Source: Nanobdellota archaeon
GTDB taxonomy: Archaea > Nanobdellota > Nanobdellia > Pacearchaeales > GW2011-AR1
Assembly: GCA_030648285.1 (NCBI GenBank)
Contig: JAUSIC010000011.1
Span: 1,513 to 65,512 of the forward strand
Reading direction: 5' to 3'
DNA length: 64,000 nucleotides
Position numbers and translations under genes: made by a program. How positions within the stretch are numbered: the stretch's first letter is position 1; each line of letters begins with the position of its first letter. This document shows positions 50,576 through 59,648 of this stretch, in pieces. The notes under the pieces are model-generated. The model saw only the letters and a list, made by a program, of their open reading frames with translations. It did no database searches and had not been told where the DNA came from.

Positions 50576-50577
50576 AG

Positions 50578-50835
50578 ATGGGAAAAATAATGCCCTTGTA
50601 TAGCTCACAGAGAGCAGAAGAAGAATTAGCTAGATTAGAATTTGAAAGAGCGAGTATGGAAAACTCAGAATATTTTGTAACATGGGTTGCTTCTACTCTT
50701 GGATTGTCTTCTGAACAAGAACAAAAAGCTAGAGAGATAATTGGAATGCCCAAGGGGAGATTTGATGAGATTCAAAGGAGAATAAGAATAATGGAACAAT
50801 ATACTCAACCAACAATGTTGGGAGGAAATAAATAA
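50578..50835 (+). CDS. orphan ORF between rpl10 and rpl12
   Basis: 85-aa ORF filling the junction. Confidence 0.6.
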   Translation: MGKIMPLYSSQRAEEELARLEFERASMENSEYFVTWVASTLGLSSEQEQKAREIIGMPKGRFDEIQRRIRIMEQYTQPTMLGGNK

Positions 50836-50836
50836 A

Positions 50837-51124
50837 ATGAAAAACGTATACGCAGCACTTTTGTTGCACAAACTCGGAAAAGAAGTAAGTGAAGAGAATG
50901 TGAAAAAAGTTGTTGCAGCTGCTGGCGGAGATGTAGATGAATCTGAAGTTAAGTCTCTTGTCGCTAGTTTGAAAGGTGTTAACATAGACACAGAACTAGA
51001 AAGTGCTAGCTTGGTTTCAAGTGCTCCTGCAAGTGCAGTTGCTCCTGTAGAAGCTAAGAAAGAAGAAAAGCACGAAGAAAAGAAAGAAGCTGCAGCAGAA
51101 GGATTGTCTGCTTTATTTGGGTAA
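50837..51124 (+). CDS. rpl12: 50S ribosomal stalk protein P1 (L12)
   Basis: 'YAALLLH', C-terminal '[10 protein letters not shown]'. Confidence 0.95.
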   Translation: MKNVYAALLLHKLGKEVSEENVKKVVAAAGGDVDESEVKSLVASLKGVNIDTELESASLVSSAPASAVAPVEAKKEEKHEEKKEAAAEGLSALFG

Positions 51125-51229
51125 TTATTAGTTTAATAACCGTAGGTAGGCAATCTCACTTTTTCTAGTTGGAAATTTGAGATAATTTATCACAATAATT
51201 CTTAAAAAGAGATAATTTTTAATGAGAAG

Positions 51230-51457
51230 ATGAAAACAAAGATTGTTGAAAAAACATTTTGGGTTTATGAAAGAGATGAAAGTGGGTTAATACCTGATGG
51301 AGTTAGCCAAGTTAGAGTATATTATAAAAATAATCAGCCAGAGGATGTTTGGTTTATCCCAGATGAAAAATATGGGAGAACAAGTGATAGAATAAATCGG
51401 ACAAGAGCAGAAGTAATCCAAATAGTTAACATATTGGAGACATCTTTATCTGATTAA
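51230..51457 (+). CDS. hypothetical protein (paralogue of next ORF)
   Basis: 'MKTKI..DESGLIP..RVYY.NNQPE.VWF'. Confidence 0.55.
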   Translation: MKTKIVEKTFWVYERDESGLIPDGVSQVRVYYKNNQPEDVWFIPDEKYGRTSDRINRTRAEVIQIVNILETSLSD

Positions 51458-51458
51458 A

Positions 51459-51797
51459 ATGAAAACAAAAATAATTTCTAAGATACTAGGTAATATTCCT
51501 CTGTATGAAATATTAGAAAGTGATGAACTTGGATTAATACCTTTGAAAGCAGGTTATGCTAGAGTGATTTATGATGAAAATAACAAACCCGAATCTGTAT
51601 TCTTTGGTTCAAAATCTAAACATCCTGGATTAGATATAGGTGATGATTTAAGTAAAGGAGAAACAAGAAAATATGAAAGAATGTGCAGAAGATATGACAG
51701 ACAAAATCGAAGGGCGACTAAGGGAATGAACAGGGAAAGAACATTAGAACAAATAAGAAAAATTGCAATAAGACTAGAAAGTTCAGTAGTTAATTAA
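51459..51797 (+). CDS. hypothetical protein (paralogue of previous ORF)
   Basis: 'MKTKI..DELGLIP..RVIYDENNKPESVFF'. Confidence 0.55.
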   Translation: MKTKIISKILGNIPLYEILESDELGLIPLKAGYARVIYDENNKPESVFFGSKSKHPGLDIGDDLSKGETRKYERMCRRYDRQNRRATKGMNRERTLEQIRKIAIRLESSVVN

Positions 51798-52594
51798 TTC
51801 TCAGCCAATTTTCTCCTAACAATTTCTTCATCATCTGGATTAGTAACTCCAAGCCAAGTATCAGGAGTTGAATATAATTTCATTGAAATCTTTTTTTGTT
51901 TTATTAAAGAACAAATATCTTCAGGAAGAAGAGCTTCTATTTTTCTATTAGCTTTGTTTTTTTCCTTGAATTCTCTAAGAATAATCTGCAATTCGTTTAG
52001 CATTTCTGGTTGTAATGCAAATAAATTCATGCTGCAAAGAGTATCTTCGCCAAAGCGTGTTCCAATATCTGATTTTTCTATTCCAATGATTTCTTTCAAA
52101 TCTGTTATATAACCATTTTCTTGCTGAAAGATTCCTCTGTTAACTTTTCCAATTTCAGGTACAACTGATTTTAAATTAAAACCTATTGATGCAGAATCAG
52201 AATTATTTTTCAAATGTTCTGCAAGAATTCTAAAAGAATTTTTCCCATAGATATCATCTCCATTGCATACAACAAAAGGACAATCAAGAAAAGATTTTGC
52301 AGAGCATAAAGCATCTGTTGTTCCCCATGGCTTGTCTCTTGTATTCTCATCATAGTATTGAAGAGCATAGTAAATTGGAATTCCTTTATAGGAATTTCCA
52401 AATTTTTCCATGAAAGGTTTTTCTGTTTTATTTCCAACAATGAAAATTATCTTTGTAAATCCTGAGAGAAGCGCCTGATTTAAAGAGTACTCAATAAGAG
52501 TTTCTCCATTAGAACCTACTTTTGCAAATTGCTTTATTTTTCCCATGAACCTGCTTGAAATTCCTGCAACCATGTAAACCAAGGCTATTTGCAT
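51794..52594 (-). CDS. sugar-phosphate nucleotidyltransferase family protein
   Basis: 'MVAGISSRF..KQ', 'KPWGT.DA', 'NGDDIYG', 'WLGVT'. Confidence 0.85.
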   Translation of the reverse strand: MQIALVYMVAGISSRFMGKIKQFAKVGSNGETLIEYSLNQALLSGFTKIIFIVGNKTEKPFMEKFGNSYKGIPIYYALQYYDENTRDKPWGTTDALCSAKSFLDCPFVVCNGDDIYGKNSFRILAEHLKNNSDSASIGFNLKSVVPEIGKVNRGIFQQENGYITDLKEIIGIEKSDIGTRFGEDTLCSMNLFALQPEMLNELQIILREFKEKNKANRKIEALLPEDICSLIKQKKISMKLYSTPDTWLGVTNPDDEEIVRRKLAEN

Positions 52595-52693
52595 GAAATA
52601 TCTTCTTTTGTCAAGTAAATAAATTTGTCTATATTCCAGTTCAATAACATTTATAATCGATTTTTAACAAGTTATTATCTCGAGGTAAATCAA

Positions 52694-52755
52694 ATGACTG
52701 AAAATAAGAGATTTTCAGCACAAATACAAAATTGACAAAGAGGTATTTTGCATAA
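52694..52755 (+). repeat. ATG-TAA leader repeat copy E (uORF stops early at TGA 52733)
   Basis: ATGACTGAAAATAAGAGATTTTCAGCACAAATACAAAATTGACAAAGAGGTATTTTGCATAA-AG-ATG. Confidence 0.85.
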
Positions 52756-52757
52756 AG

Positions 52758-54662
52758 ATGTGGAGTTTATACGATAAAGATAAATTTCTTGAACCCTTGA
52801 AATTTTCAAACGGAAAAAATCAAGAAGATGTTGTAAAAGAAATTTTGAATTCTATAAAAGAAGGCAAGAAAGTTATTTTTATAAAAGGAATGTGTGGGAC
52901 AGGAAAATCTGCTATTGCACTAAATGTTGCAAAAGAACTTGGAAAGACGAGCATTGTTGTTCCTGGAAAAGCTCTTCAAAACCAATACAAAGAGGATTAT
53001 GAGAACAACAAATATCTTTTGAAAAACAATGGAGAGAGATTAAAGATAAGTGTTGTTACAGGAAGAAATAATCATAAGTGCAAATTTCTTGAAGGAAGAA
53101 ACGTTCCTGTATTCAAAGAAGAAAGAAACCTAAGGCTTAATGAAATATTCATGAAGAAAGAAGCAAGAGAAATGGGGAGTGATACTTCTGCGGACAATCC
53201 AAATCTTCCTTGCAAAATAGAAATCAAAGACAAGAACAAAAAGATGATTATGGAATATGTGAGAGAGAACAAGGCAATAAATCACAAAAATATTCAAAAC
53301 ATAAAAGATGTGAAGCGAGCAACAATCGCTCCTGCTTGTCCTTATTGGAGTCCTGTATTTCCTGAAAAATTTGAATTAGGGGGAAAGAATTTTGAAAACG
53401 CAAAAAAAAGAAGTTATGAAGGACTTAAAGGAACAAAATATAATTTTTACCAAAGAGAACAAGGATGCAAATTTTATGAGCAATTTAATTCTTTCATTGA
53501 TGCCGATGTTATTGTTTTTAATTCTTTGAAATACAAATTAGAATCTGCAATGAACAGGAAGCCATTGACAGAAGTTGAAATCATTGATGAATGTGATGAA
53601 TTTCTTGATAGTTTTTCAAGCCAGAGAAGAATAAATGTTGAAAGATTGCAAAATTCTCTGAATATGTTCTATAGTGAAAATGAAAATTTTTACGAAGTTG
53701 CAAAAGAAATAAGCGAATTAACTAAAAAAATAAAAAATGACGAAAGAATGAATCACGCAATTTACAACGGAGACATAATTCCTCTGAAGCAAACTCCTGT
53801 TTATGCTCTATTGAAAATATTTCTTGAAAACAGCAGTTTGCTCATTGATTTGGATGATGAAAGTTATTTGTTTGAGATTGCAGAAACAGCAAAAACTTTT
53901 GATGAATTTTTTGATGAAACATTCATGACATTAAGCAAAAAAGATGATAACATGCTTATTGAATTAGTAACGACAAATCTTGCAAAAAAGTTCAAGGAAA
54001 TGATGGATAAGAATAAAATAATAATTTTAATGTCAGGAACTCTTCATTCTGAAAATGTTTTGAAAAATGTTTTTGGAATAAATGAATTTGAAATTTTAGA
54101 TGCAGAAACAGAAAGACAAGGAAGAATTGAAATTTTAAGAACAGGATTAGAGTTTGACTGCAAATATCCAATACCTAGCAGGGAAAAATATCTTAAAGCA
54201 CTGGATAAATGCGTTGAGATTTCAAAAAAACCAACATTGATTCATATAAACTCTTTTACAGACTTGCCGAATGAAAAAGAAATAAAAGAATTTGAATTAA
54301 AAAATTTAATCAACAGAGAAGAACTGAAAGATATTCAAGAAAATGACAAGAAAGAAGAGAGAGTTAAGAAATTCAAGAATAAAGAAATTAATATTCTATT
54401 TTCAACAAAATGCAATAGAGGAGTTGATTTTCCAGGAGAAGAATGCAGAAGCATTATTTTCACAAAATATCCTAATCCTGATGTCAAATCTCCATTCTGG
54501 AAAATCCTTCAAAAAAATTCTCCAAGTTACTATTGGGAATTTTATAGAGACAAAGCAAGAAGAGAACTGCATCAAAGAATTTATCGTGGCTTAAGGTTTA
54601 AAGAAGATTATGTTTATTTGTTATCGCCGGATGAAAGGGTGTTGAAGGGGTTTGAGGGTTAG
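52758..54662 (+). CDS. SF2 helicase, DinG/XPD-like
   Basis: 'GTGKS', 'IIDECD', 'MSGTL', 'RGVDFPG', 'QRIYRGLR', Cys cluster. Confidence 0.85.
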   Translation: MWSLYDKDKFLEPLKFSNGKNQEDVVKEILNSIKEGKKVIFIKGMCGTGKSAIALNVAKELGKTSIVVPGKALQNQYKEDYENNKYLLKNNGERLKISVVTGRNNHKCKFLEGRNVPVFKEERNLRLNEIFMKKEAREMGSDTSADNPNLPCKIEIKDKNKKMIMEYVRENKAINHKNIQNIKDVKRATIAPACPYWSPVFPEKFELGGKNFENAKKRSYEGLKGTKYNFYQREQGCKFYEQFNSFIDADVIVFNSLKYKLESAMNRKPLTEVEIIDECDEFLDSFSSQRRINVERLQNSLNMFYSENENFYEVAKEISELTKKIKNDERMNHAIYNGDIIPLKQTPVYALLKIFLENSSLLIDLDDESYLFEIAETAKTFDEFFDETFMTLSKKDDNMLIELVTTNLAKKFKEMMDKNKIIILMSGTLHSENVLKNVFGINEFEILDAETERQGRIEILRTGLEFDCKYPIPSREKYLKALDKCVEISKKPTLIHINSFTDLPNEKEIKEFELKNLINREELKDIQENDKKEERVKKFKNKEINILFSTKCNRGVDFPGEECRSIIFTKYPNPDVKSPFWKILQKNSPSYYWEFYRDKARRELHQRIYRGLRFKEDYVYLLSPDERVLKGFEG

Positions 54663-54704
54663 ATTTACACATATGTTTTTAAAATATAAAAAACTAATAG
54701 ATAA

Positions 54705-55358
54705 ATGAATAGAAGGGGAATTAGTACCACAACAGGTATTCTAGTTGCTATAATCGTTTTAGTTGTTATTGGTGGGGGTTATTATATTTACAATGAGAAT
54801 CAAAAAACAATCACTGCAAATGCTATATCTGGATTGGAAAGACAATTAGAAGAACAGGGAAAATTAACTGAAGAACAAGAAAAAGAATTAGAAGAACTAG
54901 CAAAAGTTACTTGTAAAGAAGTTCAAGTCCCTTATGATGCTCAAGAACAATATACAGAACAAGAACCTTATAGTGCAGAAGAGTGTGAAGGTGTTGGTTT
55001 AGCATATAATAAAGTAGACAATTATTGTATTAATTATCAAGATAAAATTATTTTTGAAGACGAACCTGCAAAATATTCAGTAACAGTAAATAATTTAGAC
55101 GCAGAAAATGGAGGTTATTTCCATGTGGATATTGGATTTAATTTTGAAGGTCAAGTAATAAAGGAGTCACAACAGAGATATATTTATCCTGCTTCTTCAG
55201 AAACGTTCAACGTAGAACGTATGGCTTATATTGATAGTTGTTATTTTGTTATGTTAGATGTTCCGGAAAAACAAGTTTGTGAAACAGTAACAAAATATGA
55301 AACCGTTACAAAATATAGAACAATTACTAAATATAGAACTGAAACTGTTTGTGAATAG
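54705..55358 (+). CDS. membrane-anchored surface protein with class III-like signal
   Basis: 'MNRRG|ISTT' plus TM, 'VTKYETVTKYRT' repeats. Confidence 0.65.
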   Translation: MNRRGISTTTGILVAIIVLVVIGGGYYIYNENQKTITANAISGLERQLEEQGKLTEEQEKELEELAKVTCKEVQVPYDAQEQYTEQEPYSAEECEGVGLAYNKVDNYCINYQDKIIFEDEPAKYSVTVNNLDAENGGYFHVDIGFNFEGQVIKESQQRYIYPASSETFNVERMAYIDSCYFVMLDVPEKQVCETVTKYETVTKYRTITKYRTETVCE

Positions 55359-55427
55359 ACTTTAAGAAAATTCTTCCCGGATTTAATATAGTAACCTTTA
55401 AATTCTATATTTTATTTGAGAAATTAA

Positions 55428-55554
55428 GCCTCCATCGCATAGTGGTATTGCACCGGTCTTGAGTAAGGATAAACCTTTCACTTGTTCGTCAAGGTTTTGT
55501 CAAACAAGAGAACCGGGCCCTTGTGGCTCGCAGGTTCGATTCCTGCTGGAGGCG
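55428..55554 (+). tRNA. tRNA-Ser (TGA) with 47-nt intron at 37/38 (55464-55510)
   Basis: GCCTCCA/TGGAGGC acceptor, CCGGT/ACCGG anticodon stem, long variable arm. Exon CTTG pairs with intron CAAG, followed by a 3-nt bulge. Confidence 0.92.
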
Positions 55555-55596
55555 ATTTTTAAATAGATTTTTAAATTTAAATCCCCTTAAAAAAGA

Positions 55597-55773
55597 ATGG
55601 CTAAAAAAAAGAATAATCCTATATTTTATTTATCTGGATTTCTTCTTATCTTTGGAGTTTCTGGTTTAATTTATGGACTGGTTCCATATTCTTCCTTGAT
55701 TATAGGCTCTGTTTCCACAATAATCAGCTTAATTTTAATAAGTATATTAATGCTAATTAAGAAGAAAAAATAA
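55597..55773 (+). CDS. small membrane protein (58 aa, not in ORF track)
   Basis: MAKKKNNPIFYLSGFLLIFG...ILMLIKKKK, two TM helices, TATA upstream. Confidence 0.5.
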   Translation: MAKKKNNPIFYLSGFLLIFGVSGLIYGLVPYSSLIIGSVSTIISLILISILMLIKKKK

Positions 55774-55775
55774 AT

Positions 55776-56051
55776 TTACTTCCCAAACATTCTTTTCCAC
55801 CAAGACTTCTTTGGCTGTTGTTGTTCTAATTGCTGAATGTCTTCTACATGAAGATATTCAATCTTAGGTTCTACAACTTTAGCAGCTTCTGCGGCTACTT
55901 CTTTTTGAGCATCGTCAGAAGCAATTTCAACAGCAGAACGTGAATTTCCCTGCTTTATCAAAGCCCACTTTAATGTGTCTGCAGAATACCCTTTTGCAAG
56001 ATTTTTTTTGAAATATTCCTGTAATCTCTTTTTATAATTTTCATCCCTCAT
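55776..56051 (-). CDS. hypothetical protein
   Basis: 'YFKKNLAKGYSADTLKWALIKQG' helical domain like the N-terminus of ORF 17714, C-terminal amphipathic 'KSWWKRMFG'. Confidence 0.65.
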   Translation of the reverse strand: MRDENYKKRLQEYFKKNLAKGYSADTLKWALIKQGNSRSAVEIASDDAQKEVAAEAAKVVEPKIEYLHVEDIQQLEQQQPKKSWWKRMFGK

Positions 56052-56135
56052 TCGCTTTTGAAGAATATTGAGTTTAAAAGATTAGTTGTGATAAGTTATA
56101 TAATTTTGCTCGACTTCGTCGTAAGAAAGGAATGG

Positions 56136-56255
56136 TTAATAGAAAAATTGAAGCCTGTTGTCGACGTTGGGCAGTTGAATAAAGTAGGTTTAAACTGATA
56201 ATAAGTTGAAGTTAGAGTATCCAGTTAATCTAAAATTATTTCGAACGAAGTGAGT
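56136..56255 (+). repeat. intergenic repeat family copy
   Basis: TTAATAGAAAAATTGAAGCCTGTTGTCG ... GAGTATCCAGTTAA (reverse match to 17574-17588) ... ACGAAGT. Confidence 0.7.
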
Positions 56256-56267
56256 GTAAATAGGGGG

Positions 56268-57758
56268 CTACTTGATAGTTATCGGCTTATGCTCATTATA
56301 AAAAGAAACAGCCTCTCTTAGCTTTGAAGGAATATCTGAATATAGAGTAACTAAGGGTTCTCCTTTCTTTACTTTTTCTCCAACATGATGATGAAGATAA
56401 ACTCCTGAAAACTTGTTCAATGGAGAACCTGTCGCTCTTGTCAAAGAATTGATTTTTTTATTATGGATTTCTGCAATTGTTCCTGAACGAGAAGAGGAAA
56501 TTATTTTCTTGAATTTTCCATACCTCAATCTATTTACGCTTCCTCTTTGGGCTTTTATAATCTCCTTGAATTTTTCAAAGGCTTTTCCAGAATCCATTAT
56601 TATCAAAGCAAGCTGTTTTCCTTTTCCTTTTTTTGCCATTCCTGTCATTTCAAGCAATTCTCCTGCGAGAAAAACAGATTTTTTTTCCAAGTCATAAGGA
56701 TATTTGATATTATTTTCAGATTTATCTCTGCTTAGAATTTTTACAATGTCCATTAATTCCAAAGCAGGACCGATTCCATTGCCAATAGGCTGTTCTCCAT
56801 TTGTAAGAACAACTTTCAATTTTCTCTTGAAGTATTTTCCAAGATATTCAAATTTCTTTTTTAATTTTAATCCGTGTTCTCTTGTAACTTTTGCTGTTTT
56901 TCCGTAAGGAATATCTATGAGAATATATTTTGCTCCCATCGAAAGTTTTTTTGCCATTATCGAAGCCAAGAGTTGTGCTTCTGGGTCAATCTCAAGAACT
57001 TTTTCTATTTTTATTATCTTTGAATCGGCAGGAACAATTCCCAATGAACCTCCCCACACCATGCAACCATTTGTCTTGCTTACAATTTTTTTTATTTCTG
57101 GAATGGAGAATTCAACATCTGCAATTGTTTCAACAACATCTGATGTTCCTGCTGCTGTTGTTATTGCCCTTGAAGAAGTTTTTGGAATCAATAATCCTGC
57201 AGCAGCGAGAATTGAAACTACTAGGGGAGTTGTCCTATTTCCAGGAATTCCTCCTATAGAATGCTTGTCAACAACAATTCCTTTTTTCCAGACAATTTTT
57301 TTTCCTGACTCTGCAATCGCCTTGACTAATGAGATTGTTTCATTCATGCTTGTTCCATTCCTGTACATTGCGGAAACAAAAAGAGCAATTTCTGCTTCTG
57401 AAAGAGAATTGCTGACAATTCCGTCAATGATTGTCCTGACTTCCTCAAGAGATAATTCTTTTTTGTCTAGCTTCTTTTTTATATAAATCAAGCTCTTTGA
57501 AATTGGGGCGTGAGTTACTTCAACTTTCTGGCCTACTTTTAATTCCAAGGCATCTTTCATTTCAGAAGAAACTGCAATTTCATTTTCTTTCACTAATCCA
57601 GAACTAATATCTACTATGCTTGAAATTGTTTTATTTGAAGAAGTCTTCATGAAAATCCTGTCCTTTGTAAAAATTCCTATTTTCTTGGCTGTTTTTTCAT
57701 TAAGCATGACAACAGGAAGTCCTGCAGACCATTTCAATATTTTAATTTTCAGTTGCAT
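56268..57758 (-). CDS. AMP phosphorylase (thymidine phosphorylase family)
   Basis: 'DKHSIGGIPGNRTT', 'KTSSRAITTAAGTSD', 'GNGIGPALE', with archaeal N-terminal domain. Confidence 0.9.
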   Translation of the reverse strand: MQLKIKILKWSAGLPVVMLNEKTAKKIGIFTKDRIFMKTSSNKTISSIVDISSGLVKENEIAVSSEMKDALELKVGQKVEVTHAPISKSLIYIKKKLDKKELSLEEVRTIIDGIVSNSLSEAEIALFVSAMYRNGTSMNETISLVKAIAESGKKIVWKKGIVVDKHSIGGIPGNRTTPLVVSILAAAGLLIPKTSSRAITTAAGTSDVVETIADVEFSIPEIKKIVSKTNGCMVWGGSLGIVPADSKIIKIEKVLEIDPEAQLLASIMAKKLSMGAKYILIDIPYGKTAKVTREHGLKLKKKFEYLGKYFKRKLKVVLTNGEQPIGNGIGPALELMDIVKILSRDKSENNIKYPYDLEKKSVFLAGELLEMTGMAKKGKGKQLALIIMDSGKAFEKFKEIIKAQRGSVNRLRYGKFKKIISSSRSGTIAEIHNKKINSLTRATGSPLNKFSGVYLHHHVGEKVKKGEPLVTLYSDIPSKLREAVSFYNEHKPITIK

Positions 57759-57759
57759 T

Positions 57760-58767
57760 TTAAGCCGGTTTCTTTCTGTAAACATCCAGAATTATAATTA
57801 GGTATGCAAGTATCAAAGGACCGATTATAAATCCAAGGACTCCGAACATCATGAATCCTCCAATCATCCCAATAAGCACAACAGCAGGACTTAACTCTGC
57901 TTTTCTTGAAACAAAGAAAGGACGCACTAGGCTGTCTGAAAATGAAGAGATTAGCCCGAAAATTATTATTCCTACTCCTGCAAAAGTATTATCTCCTGCA
58001 AAAAGGAAAACTGCGGTAGGAATCCAAACCAGCGCAGGACCTACTATAGGAAGAACTCCTGCAATTACCGAAAATATTGTCAGCAACAATGCATTCGGAA
58101 CCTTGAAAATAAAAAGTCCTGCTCCAAGAATTGCTCCCTGCATCATACCCAGAACAATTTGTCCAATCAAAACAGAAGAGGTTATATCTTTTGAAAGCTT
58201 GAACATTCTTTTTTGTACATCTGAGGTGAATGGCAAAAGGCTCTGTATGTAATTTATTATTCTTTCTCTGTCTTTAAGCACAAAGAACAATGTGAAGAAT
58301 ACAACAGCTGTTTGAAGCATTATTGTAGGAAATTGCAAAAGCAAATCAGCGAACCCATTCATTATTGAATTAGTTGTATTTGTAACAAAAGTATGAATCA
58401 TAGGGCCTATTTGTGCTGCCAAATCATTCGATGCAAAAAGTGCAGGGAATATTTTTCTAAGAGGGGTTACAAAATCCAATTGTTGTGAAGCAATGTAAAG
58501 TTTTACTGACTGGTTTATGATAATAGGAAGAAGAAACCATACAGGAAGAACTACCAACCAAATCAATAAAATACAAACTAATATCGCTGTAATCTTTGGT
58601 GCTTTTAATAATTTAAGAATTCTGTTATGCAAGGGAGTAAAAATAAATGCCAACAATATTCCAAATATTATTGCAAGCAAGATTGGCCTTAGCATTAAAA
58701 ATGCCAAAACTGCAAGTCCTAAAATAATCACTACTGTCAGTCCTTTTTTAAAAAATACGTCATCCAT
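57760..58767 (-). CDS. AI-2E family transporter
   Basis: 'PIVGPALVWIP', 'GMIGG..FG.LG.IIGP'. Confidence 0.9.
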   Translation of the reverse strand: MDDVFFKKGLTVVIILGLAVLAFLMLRPILLAIIFGILLAFIFTPLHNRILKLLKAPKITAILVCILLIWLVVLPVWFLLPIIINQSVKLYIASQQLDFVTPLRKIFPALFASNDLAAQIGPMIHTFVTNTTNSIMNGFADLLLQFPTIMLQTAVVFFTLFFVLKDRERIINYIQSLLPFTSDVQKRMFKLSKDITSSVLIGQIVLGMMQGAILGAGLFIFKVPNALLLTIFSVIAGVLPIVGPALVWIPTAVFLFAGDNTFAGVGIIIFGLISSFSDSLVRPFFVSRKAELSPAVVLIGMIGGFMMFGVLGFIIGPLILAYLIIILDVYRKKPA

Positions 58768-58860
58768 TTTATATTGTGTATTATATATTATTCATAGATA
58801 GATTAAATTTATAAAAGTTTGTAAGGAAAAATTTATAAGCAAAATTTAACAAAAGGTTTT

Positions 58861-59556
58861 ATGAATTTTATAAAAAAAGTGTGGGATGGAAGAATTGATG
58901 ACATTGTTCATCAGCAATTTCAGAAATTCAGCAGAGGAGAATTTAGAGATAGAGCACAAATAAAAGTCAAAAGAGTAAAAGACAAGTATACTATCTCTAC
59001 TGGAAACGAATTTGCTAATGATTTTGTAAGAATTTTGGCTGAAAAATTAGGAGACAAGAAAACTCCTGTCACAGGAGCTATTGTTTCAACTCTAGATTTA
59101 GTTGGTTTAGACTATCAAGGAAAAAAGCAATTCATGGGCATAAAGCAGTATGTCATAAAAAAAGAGATGTCTGGAAAAGAAATGCTTGATTTATTGAATA
59201 GATTTCCAAAAGGATTTTTCGCGTTGAGTTTTGAAACAGGGAATTACTTGTTAAAGATAAAACCAAAGGCTCCAAAATCAGCAAAACCTTCAACAAAAGA
59301 CAATGAGAAAATAAAGCCAGATTTTTGCAAGCTCGTGACTAATGACTCTTCAATCGCGAAAAGCTTTGTTTTTGAAAAAGAAGACTTTAAAGATGCAGAA
59401 GTAACTCATACTTTTTTTATCAATGAAATGGTTCTTCCGAAAGGGGAAACTGATTTTGCCAAAGTAAGGGAAATGGCTAAAAGAAAAGGCAAGATTGTGA
59501 GGAAAGCCTTGATTGATGGACAGCAAATGAATAGTGAGAAAGAGTTTGAAGCGTAA
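58861..59556 (+). CDS. conserved hypothetical protein upstream of rpl3
   Basis: 231-aa ORF, 'HQQFQKFSRG', 'REMAKRKG'. Confidence 0.7.
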   Translation: MNFIKKVWDGRIDDIVHQQFQKFSRGEFRDRAQIKVKRVKDKYTISTGNEFANDFVRILAEKLGDKKTPVTGAIVSTLDLVGLDYQGKKQFMGIKQYVIKKEMSGKEMLDLLNRFPKGFFALSFETGNYLLKIKPKAPKSAKPSTKDNEKIKPDFCKLVTNDSSIAKSFVFEKEDFKDAEVTHTFFINEMVLPKGETDFAKVREMAKRKGKIVRKALIDGQQMNSEKEFEA

Positions 59557-59648
59557 TTCTTGACTATTAGAAACCCTTTTAAACCCCGATTTTCTCTCTA
59601 TTTTATCCAGGGTAAAGAATAAAATGTATTCCGCAAAAATATTAAGAA

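Noticed and set aside
55280-55350. Short tandem repeats (ACAAAATAT..)
   Set aside because: Coding repeat VTKYETVTKYRT within a surface protein
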